Assembly (NCBI RefSeq): GCF_000253055.1
Contig: NC_016070.1
Span: 1,260,001-1,292,000 of the forward strand
Reading direction: 5' to 3'
DNA from: Thermoproteus tenax Kra 1
Lineage (GTDB): Archaea; Thermoproteota; Thermoprotei; Thermoproteales; Thermoproteaceae
DNA: 32,000 nucleotides
Each line of letters opens with the position of its first letter. Within the stretch, counting starts at the first letter, position 1. Under the pieces are notes generated by a model. That model ran no database searches and was not told the origin of the DNA. It saw only the letters and a list, made by a program, of their open reading frames with translations. Positions 15,808 through 22,984 of this stretch are shown here, piece by piece. The position numbers and the translations under genes are program-made.

Positions 15808-17628
15808 TTAGACATCAGATCTGGGGCCATTGCGTGTCTCCTCCCTTAGGACTTTGACGAGCTCCCGCGCTATCTCCTGCCTCTTCTCGTAGAGGCCCTT
15901 ATAGAAGGTCTTGAACTCTCCTCTGATTGTCTCTAATACCTTCTTAACGTCAGCGCGACCAACCGCTATGTCTTGGAGGGCGGCCTCCATTTTAGACCTA
16001 ACTGTCGGGTCTATTATTGGCCTTGCATGGTTCATCAACGAGCTGGCCAGAGTCATGCCAAGCTTTGTGGGCACACAACGGCCGCCAACTATCCTCATGT
16101 ATCCTCTTATTACGTTGGTGTGTATATGGTCTTGCATAGTGGCATCCGTCCCTATTCCGTACTTTTTCATCAGCCTCAAGAGCTCCGACTCGCTCATCCG
16201 AGGAGGGGGCTCCGTCTTCTTTTTCTCAATTTTTGCTGAGACCATCCTGGCCCAGACGCCGGCTTGTACCCTCGGCAGGCGCCTATCCTCTTCCTCCTCA
16301 TAGGGATATATTTCCCAATATCCTCTTTCTATTATCCTTCTGCCCTCTGCCTCTAGAACCAGCGGGCCGAACGCCACAGCGATCCTCTGGCGCTCCACGA
16401 TCGCTGGCGGGCTCAAAGTGGCCAAGAAGTGTCTGACTACAAACTCGTAGAGCTTCCACGCCCTTGTCCCCAACGCCCGTTCTACTTCAGCTTTAGTCGC
16501 ACCTCGGGTGGGGTAGATGGGCGGGTGTGCTCTGTCGTCCGAGTTGCCGCGGGTGGGCGATATAGGGCCTCTCAAGAGCCGCTCGGCGTATTGGCCAAAC
16601 TGGGTATTGGTCAGTTCCTCCAACACAGCCCTCAGATCTAAAGTGGGCGGATATATCGTCGTCTCAGTGCGTGGATAAGAGATATAGCCCCTTCGATAAA
16701 GCTCCTCGGCTGTGTCCAACGCGGCCTTTGCTCTGATGTTCAGCCATTTGCTCGCCCTTCTCTCGAGCTCCACAGTATCTAGAGGCGCCGGCGGCTTAAC
16801 CCTAGTCTCCTCGAATCTCGCCTCGATCACTTTACCCAACGAGACTCTAGCCGCTCTCACGGCCGCCTCGGCCTCCTCCCTCGCCTTGAACGGCCTCGAG
16901 CGAGCCTCAAAGGAGCCCGCCTCGGTCTCAACGATGCCCTTGACTACATAGTACTCCTCGGGCTTGAAGTTGAGACGCTCCAGCTCTCTTGACACAACTA
17001 GGCCCAACACGGGCGTCTGGCAAGGCCCGTAGCTGAGGAACTTCCCAAACGGAAGCGCCTTGTTGTCTACCTCCCTCACGGCGAGCGTCAAAAGCCTTGT
17101 GAAGGCTGCCCCTATTGTCAAATCGCTCACCATCCTTGCGAAGACCTTCTCGACTACTTTGAGATCCAGCTCCACAGGGCGCTCAAACGCCTGTACTATA
17201 TCCTTCTTAGTAACAGCGTTGAATCTCACTCTCTTGAACCGCGCGCGGGGGTTAACGGCCCTCACTTGGAGCACGACCTCATAGGCTATTGCCTCGCCCT
17301 CTGAGTCGGCGTCAAGAGCCAGGTACACCTCGTCTTCGTCCCGGGCCAACGCCCTTAAGGCATACAGATATTTTATTGTCTCGTCCCGAGGAACCAACAC
17401 GGTTATCTTATCGAAGAGCTCCACGGGCTCCAGGGCATTCCACTTGTTCAGCTCTTGTGGGAAGTCGAAGTCGAGGATGTGGCCGCTGAGGCCCAAGCTG
17501 ACCGCTTGTCTGTCCTTATACTTAAACCTATATGCCATCACGCCAGATATTTTGAAGTAGGAATAGGATGTGGCTAAATATTTGGCTATAGCCTGTGCCA
17601 CAGATCTCTTCTCAGCAACGATGAGCAC
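15808..17628 (-). CDS. topA: Type IA DNA topoisomerase (topoisomerase III-like)
   Basis: The Toprim domain is present (LIVAEKRSVAQAIA with the catalytic Glu, and DADSEGEAIAYEV as DxDxEG). The active-site Tyr lies in GYISYPRTETT. The GTG start at 17628 has a TATA-like CTTTTATAG about 25 nt upstream. At 606 aa there is no C-terminal zinc-finger domain. Confidence 0.9.
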   Translation of the reverse strand: MLIVAEKRSVAQAIAKYLATSYSYFKISGVMAYRFKYKDRQAVSLGLSGHILDFDFPQELNKWNALEPVELFDKITVLVPRDETIKYLYALRALARDEDEVYLALDADSEGEAIAYEVVLQVRAVNPRARFKRVRFNAVTKKDIVQAFERPVELDLKVVEKVFARMVSDLTIGAAFTRLLTLAVREVDNKALPFGKFLSYGPCQTPVLGLVVSRELERLNFKPEEYYVVKGIVETEAGSFEARSRPFKAREEAEAAVRAARVSLGKVIEARFEETRVKPPAPLDTVELERRASKWLNIRAKAALDTAEELYRRGYISYPRTETTIYPPTLDLRAVLEELTNTQFGQYAERLLRGPISPTRGNSDDRAHPPIYPTRGATKAEVERALGTRAWKLYEFVVRHFLATLSPPAIVERQRIAVAFGPLVLEAEGRRIIERGYWEIYPYEEEEDRRLPRVQAGVWARMVSAKIEKKKTEPPPRMSESELLRLMKKYGIGTDATMQDHIHTNVIRGYMRIVGGRCVPTKLGMTLASSLMNHARPIIDPTVRSKMEAALQDIAVGRADVKKVLETIRGEFKTFYKGLYEKRQEIARELVKVLREETRNGPRSDV

Positions 17629-17794
17629 ATCTTAATGGGCGCCACACTATAAAAGCGTGAAATATAAAAAACTCAACCGAGCTTACTACCGACCGCAGAG
17701 GGCCCCGTCTGGGGCGCTGTGATGCCGGCTCGGTCGGTCCCCCTTGACATACATATATCCACAACTTTTTTATATGAGGAAGTACCATGAGGGC

Positions 17795-18304
17795 ATGTCA
17801 GGCGAGGAGACAGGAGGCGAGGAGAAGCCGTTGAAGAGGCCGCCGTTGCAGAGGACGCCGCAACAGCCCCCTCCGCCCCCTCCGCCTCAACCAATGCCTC
17901 AAGCCCAACAGCCGTTGCCGCCGCCCCCGCCTCCTCCGCCGCCCTTGACGGCCACAGGTCCCTACCCTTACCCATATCCGCCTAGGGCCACCCAACGCGC
18001 ATATCCTCCGCCTCCTCCGCCGCCTCTTCAGACGCAGCCTGCGCCCTCCCAACAAGTCCCTCCGCCTTCGCCCGCTAGAAGGCCGCAGACGGCAAGCGCC
18101 ACTACAGCGGCGCCACAAATATTGCCCCTCGTGGGGGCCGTGGTGGGTCTTGTGGGAGCGGCTCTGGGCGTCATGGCCTTTGTGCTCTCTTTAGGCGATC
18201 TGGGCCGCGCCGTTGAGATGCTGGCCGTGTCGCTGGCGGCCACCGATGTGGTGTTGGCCTTGGCCCTATTCACTCTGTGGAGGGCTTTCTTCAGAAAGAG
18301 GTGA
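17795..18304 (+). CDS. Proline-rich membrane protein (polyproline N-terminal half, two C-terminal TM helices)
   Basis: MSGEETGGEEKPLKRPP... contains P7, P9 and P7 runs plus GPYPYPYPP. It is followed by ILPLVGAVVGLVGAALGVMAFVLSL and MLAVSLAATDVVLALALFTLWRAFFRKR. I prefer the ATG at 17795, since TTTTTATAT at 17766-17774 lies about 25 nt upstream. The track start is a TTG at 17744 and there is another ATG at 17774. Confidence 0.65.
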   Translation: MSGEETGGEEKPLKRPPLQRTPQQPPPPPPPQPMPQAQQPLPPPPPPPPPLTATGPYPYPYPPRATQRAYPPPPPPPLQTQPAPSQQVPPPSPARRPQTASATTAAPQILPLVGAVVGLVGAALGVMAFVLSLGDLGRAVEMLAVSLAATDVVLALALFTLWRAFFRKR

Positions 18305-18628
18305 AGGCGAGGAGCTAGGTCTCCGCAGATATGGCGTTCTAGCTGGACTGATGGGCCGCCTTACGTCGGGCGCTGGGCCTCAACCTACTCCTGCGGCATT
18401 TTGGCTTTCAGCTCTGTTGGTCTCGCGTTTATGGCGATGGAAGGTGCTCTAACCGGCCAGGTCCTTAATGACCCCTCCCCGTCTAGGCGGGGGCTGTACA
18501 GCGGCGATCTCTCCCGTTGTCCCCCTTAGGGTTAATGGGCACTCGGCGGAGCGGGCATTGTGGCGGGGCGTCCCCCCGCTCTCTTCATCTGCTCTGCCAT
18601 AAAAATATAGCTTAGAACCATCTCCGCT

Positions 18629-20398
18629 CTAAAGAGCGAGGCTTTCTGTAGCAAAAAACTCTCTGAGATATTTCCTCAACTCCTCCTCGCCCTCGGCCAA
18701 CTGGGCCCCCCTCAATATGTCCTTGAGGTTTAGGTAGAGCTCCGGCTCCAGATATCTATAGTCCAGGAAGATGAGGGCGCCTCTGTCATCCGGCGACCTA
18801 AACAGCCGACCTACCGCTTGTCTCACCTTTATAACTGCGTTATAGAGATATACAGCGCTCCACGCGGCCTCGGCTCCGAGCGTAGGAGTAAGCTCTTCGA
18901 CCCTCTTGTCCAAGAAGTAATCTCTATCGGGAAACGGCACTCCGACCACAGCTACGGCGGCCAGAAGGTTTCTCCCCTCCTTGACGTACTCAACGCCCTC
19001 GGCCAACTTCCCGCCGGCCACGGCGAAGACCGCAAACTTCTCCTCCAACGGTATGTCCTCCAAGTCTGTGTCTCTGGCCTCGACATAGAGAGGTATCTTG
19101 AACGACAAATACTTCCTCACGCCTTTTAACACGTCGTAGCTGGGAAATACGACGAGGATGCCTCCAGGCGTCTCCGTTATAACTGCGGCCAACCTCTTGG
19201 CTATTGCCTTGTACATCTCCTCTCCCCTCGACGTGAACTTAGTAGTAACCCCCTTGTCTATTATAGCAATGAAGTTACCGCTCTTGACAAATCTATCGAG
19301 CGGTACATCGAAGGTCGCCGTCGGCCTAGTTGTGGGCAGGGCCTTAAGAAATAGATCTATCGGCAGAGATCCGCTGATGAGCGCCACGGCCTTGGCCGCG
19401 TTTATCACATTGGCTATTAATCTGTTAACATCGTAGGGCACAGCCCTCAGCTTAAGTCCATCCTCTGAGGTCTCGGCCACTACTACGTATCTGCCGCTGC
19501 TCTTCAACGTCTTGACGAACTCCGCTATAGATACTATGGGCGAGTAAGGCGTTAAACCCTCGTCGATCATCCTCTTGATTACCTCCAAGGCAGACCTCTC
19601 GAGGCTCCCCGGCTCATCAAACAGAGCTAACACGTCTCCGATCGACAACGGGCCGGGCCTTATCTCACGGAGGCTCTTGGCGGCTCTATACAACATGGCC
19701 GCCACATCGCTTAGGCCGTACCGTTCTGCGTCAGATCTCGCCCTCCTTATATCGGCCTCGGTTATCTCGACGGAGTTTATAGAGGCCACCGCGTCGGGCA
19801 AAGAGTGGGCCTCGTCGACTATCAACACGCTTTTGCCCAAGTCGACCCACTGTTCAGCCCTGGGGCTGAAGACGTAGAAATATGTCGCTACAACCACTTG
19901 CGCCTCCATAGTCAACACTTTGGCCGTCTCGTACGCACAAGTGCCGGCCTCACACGCCGCCTTAATAAACGCCTTGGGAGTCAGCGGCGTCCGTAGCTCT
20001 AGGGGCTTCGGCGGATAGTATTGACATTTGCCCAAAGCCCTAAGATATCTACACTCAGCTAAAAACTCTGCGTAGGGCAAGCCTCTGAGCTCCCTGTAAC
20101 AACACATATCTTGTTTATTTCTGAGGAAGGCGACTTTCAGCTCAACCCCTTTGGACTTAAGCCTCGATAGCTCTCTGAGAGGCTGAAGCATCTCGTTCTT
20201 CACTCTGACAAGATAGAGCACCCTGGCCCCGCTCTCCTGCGCATAAGCCAAGGCGGCCGCGAGCGCTGCTGCAGTCTTACCCAACCCAGTGGGCGCGTTG
20301 GCCACAACCACTTTACCTGATCTAAATCCCTCTAGAATGGCCACCGCTAACTCTCGTTGGAATGGCCTGAACTGATCGTAGGAGAAAAAACGCTCCAC
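18629..20398 (-). CDS. xpd: XPD/Rad3-family 5'-3' DNA helicase (DinG superfamily, Fe-S domain)
   Basis: It has Walker A APTGLGKT and the DEAH box VDEAHSLPD. A cluster of Cys residues between them (DMCCYREL...AECRYLRALGKCQYY...AACEAGTCAYE) is consistent with the 4Fe-4S domain. The start is GTG and the length is 589 aa. Confidence 0.9.
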   Translation of the reverse strand: MERFFSYDQFRPFQRELAVAILEGFRSGKVVVANAPTGLGKTAAALAAALAYAQESGARVLYLVRVKNEMLQPLRELSRLKSKGVELKVAFLRNKQDMCCYRELRGLPYAEFLAECRYLRALGKCQYYPPKPLELRTPLTPKAFIKAACEAGTCAYETAKVLTMEAQVVVATYFYVFSPRAEQWVDLGKSVLIVDEAHSLPDAVASINSVEITEADIRRARSDAERYGLSDVAAMLYRAAKSLREIRPGPLSIGDVLALFDEPGSLERSALEVIKRMIDEGLTPYSPIVSIAEFVKTLKSSGRYVVVAETSEDGLKLRAVPYDVNRLIANVINAAKAVALISGSLPIDLFLKALPTTRPTATFDVPLDRFVKSGNFIAIIDKGVTTKFTSRGEEMYKAIAKRLAAVITETPGGILVVFPSYDVLKGVRKYLSFKIPLYVEARDTDLEDIPLEEKFAVFAVAGGKLAEGVEYVKEGRNLLAAVAVVGVPFPDRDYFLDKRVEELTPTLGAEAAWSAVYLYNAVIKVRQAVGRLFRSPDDRGALIFLDYRYLEPELYLNLKDILRGAQLAEGEEELRKYLREFFATESLAL

Positions 20399-20426
20399 GA
20401 GCCGTCCTCCTGGTCAGGTAAAAAGC

Positions 20427-21527
20427 TTATTGAAGAAACCTTCTCGACGTAAAAGAGGTCGATTTAAGTCTCCCAAGGCCCAAGTCGGCCGCAAGCTTGC
20501 CCATCGCGGGCCCGAAGGTCCAACCCAGTCTACATGCGCCAGTCGCGACCACAAGCCGTTCGCCTATTTTCTCCAAGATGGGGAGGCCGTCGGGCGTACA
20601 CGGCCTGTATCCGACCGCCATGTCTATAACCTCCACATCACCGAATAGTTTACGCGCGGCTTCCAACACCTTTGCCGACGGCGAATGATCCTCAGTTGAG
20701 TCTAAGTCGAATCTCCCAGTGACCTTGACCCAACCACTCAGAGGCACCACCGCGATGCCTGTGTCCGCCAAGTCTATGAACATTGCGCGCGGCCTCTGTG
20801 CAGTCTTCAGCCTATAGCCGTAGCCCTTAAACGGCGCCACTGGCGCTCCAAGTAGCTTGGCGGTCCTCCAGCCCGCCGCAACGACGACTAAATCGGCCTC
20901 GACTCTTTTGCCTGCTACGACTACGTAGCCATCGCCGATCTCGTCGGCGCTCGCCCTCACGTGCCGCGCGTCTGCCTCGGAGATCAGTCTCTCAACGGCT
21001 AAGTCCGTAGAAAGCTTGGCGGCCTCAAGATAGGCTATCGCCGGTCTCCCCTCCAGCTCTGATACCTCAAATTTGGGATTCAGAGGATCGCGTCTGAGCT
21101 CCTCGGCCTCTCGCTCAACGTCCTTGACTAGCTCGTACAACGGCTCCTCTGCGTAGTCGAAGTCGTTCTTTTCCTCGGCTAGTCTTCTGTACTCTGACCA
21201 CGAGAACTTGCCCATATCTCTGATCTGCTCCCATGTCTCAGGCCCGGGATCTCTATCGTACACTCTCGCATATGCCATCAGCCATTTTAGGTCGATGTGG
21301 CGTATCCTTGCCGCCCCCCTACTTAACATCAATAGATAGGAGGTTGGATACCCCTTGACGTTGATTCTGTTAATCTTAAACCTAGTGAACTCCAGAATGC
21401 CTGCGGCGGCTCTCGACGTCTCCCCCAAGCTCTGTTGGTCAACCACGACGACGTCAACGCCCTCCCTCCTGAGATAGTAGGCCGTGAAGAGGCCCACGAT
21501 GCCTCCGCCGACCACTATGGCCCTCAT
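20427..21527 (-). CDS. FAD-dependent oxidoreductase (DAO family; glycine/D-amino-acid/proline dehydrogenase-like)
   Basis: It has the dinucleotide fold MRAIVVGGGIVGLFTAYYLRREGVDVVVVD and a DAO-like length. I prefer the ATG at 21527 because a TATA-like TTATATTAAGC lies about 28 nt upstream. The track start is at 21539. Confidence 0.85.
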   Translation of the reverse strand: MRAIVVGGGIVGLFTAYYLRREGVDVVVVDQQSLGETSRAAAGILEFTRFKINRINVKGYPTSYLLMLSRGAARIRHIDLKWLMAYARVYDRDPGPETWEQIRDMGKFSWSEYRRLAEEKNDFDYAEEPLYELVKDVEREAEELRRDPLNPKFEVSELEGRPAIAYLEAAKLSTDLAVERLISEADARHVRASADEIGDGYVVVAGKRVEADLVVVAAGWRTAKLLGAPVAPFKGYGYRLKTAQRPRAMFIDLADTGIAVVPLSGWVKVTGRFDLDSTEDHSPSAKVLEAARKLFGDVEVIDMAVGYRPCTPDGLPILEKIGERLVVATGACRLGWTFGPAMGKLAADLGLGRLKSTSFTSRRFLQ

Positions 21528-21608
21528 ATAATATAGCATAATGCTTGCTTAATATAATTTAGAGAGTCGGCGACGACCCTACGGGGACCTACTGAGCTGA
21601 GCCTGGCA

Positions 21609-22954
21609 TTATTCCTCCTCGCCTTCCAGTATCATTTCTCTAGCCTCTGCGACGAGAAATCCCAAGACGATCAGCCCCATGAACGTAGATACGATGCCCG
21701 GCTGTATTCCGCCTATGCTCTGTAGAGCGATGTAAGTAGTCAACACGGTGGCGGCCACGGACAACGCCAGCTCCCACCATCTTTTCGAGATCCTCTTCAG
21801 CGATATACGGAGGAGGGACAAATTGGCCGACACATGGACCACTGTGTTGGCCAACATAGCGAGGAACCCCATCGTAGTGAAGGCCGTTGAAAGGTCAGGC
21901 GCAGTTGCGACAATCGGATATAACGCGACAGCATAGAGACCTATGGCGGCCAACCCAGCGTAAAGGGGACCCGACTTGGCGTGGACTTTGTTAAACAGAG
22001 ATGGCAGGAATCCGTGATAGGACATAGCGTAGATCGTTCTGGAGGTAGCCACCATGAAGGCCAGTGTAGCCAGAATGCCGTCATTAAGCGCTGCGAAGAA
22101 CACGAAGGCGAGTGTGAGGAGGCCGAATCTGTCCGCTATCAGTTGCAACATCGAACTTCCCCCTCCTACGTAAATTATGTGATCTGCCACAGCGTATATA
22201 TCAAGCGCCGCAAGGCTACCCCCCAACAAGATCACCGTCACTACTGCAAGCGGCACGTTTCTCTTCGGGTTCTTGACCTCGCCAGAGACGGGCGTTATAG
22301 AGCCGTAGCCCGTGGGAATAGCCGCGCCGAGCAGTGTGTGCTGAGGCAAGCGCCGTGGGTACAGCCGGGGAGTTGAATGGATTATAGAACCGCCAGCCGG
22401 TCGACGCTATAAACATGAATGCGAGGGCCGCCATGATGCCCGCCTCCAAGCCGCTGGCGATCATGGCGTATTTCGCCGTAGGCTTTATGCCCAATATGAG
22501 GAACGCACGAAGATACTGCGAAGATCCCGGTCATGAGAGCTAGGGGATCGACAGATGGGCCAACGCCGAGAGTCCTAGCCAATATCTTCAGCGCAGTCTC
22601 CAAGGATATCGTGGCTGCTACTATGTATGCGGCGCCGTACACCGTTGAATATATAGTATAGATCCAACCGGTCTCAAAACCCAGCCTCTTCGTGAGAGAG
22701 TAGTACGCGTAAGTGTAATATCCGCCGGCCTTCGTGAACCTCATAGAGAGTCGGTAAACTACCAGCCCGTTGACTAACACCATCAGCGTCCCCAAGAGTA
22801 TCGCTATAGGCGCCAGTCCGCCCACTAGGGCGAACACAGCCACTCCATAGCTTAAAATGCTCAGGAAGGGCGACTGACCTCCAAAGCTTAGGAACACCAG
22901 ATCTAAAAGGCCTATCTCTCGTCTCAACTCGCTGGCCTTATCCTCGGCCTCCAT
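21609..22954 (-). pseudogene. APC-superfamily amino-acid permease disrupted by two frameshifts
   Basis: Three consecutive minus-strand ORFs in three frames together read as one permease.
- 22954-22382: MEAEDKASELRREIGLLDLVFLSFGG...
- 22494-22216: ...LILGIKPTAKYAMIASGLEAGIMAALAFMFIASTGW...
- 22349-21609: ...LLGAAIPTGYGSITPVSGEVKNPKRNVPLAVV... (the EE-x-KNP-like motif)
The first shift is near 22507 and the second lies within about 22345-22375, a stretch that contains a G4/C4 run. Confidence 0.7.
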
Positions 22955-22984
22955 ACAGCGAGCCTCTACGGGCTAGTATTAAAA

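Noticed and set aside
17673-18273. Arg/Gly/Ala-rich ORFs antisense to the proline-rich gene (17673-17975, 17798-18118 and 18028-18273, all on the minus strand).
   Set aside because: They are mirror images of CCN proline codons (GGN/CGN). The plus frame alone gives two clean TM helices and a TATA box at the right distance.
18305-18628. Tested the GC-rich spacer by eye as SRP (7S) RNA, RNase P RNA, C/D sRNA or H/ACA sRNA.
   Set aside because: There is no GGAA-tetraloop/AGCA helix-8 motif, no GAGGAAAGUCC / ACAGAA..GGCUUA P4 strands, no RUGAUGA...CUGA pair and no hairpin-ACA arrangement. GGUUAGAGCACC (minus strand) only loosely resembles the RNase P GGUAAGAGC.CACC block. The identity is therefore left open rather than called.
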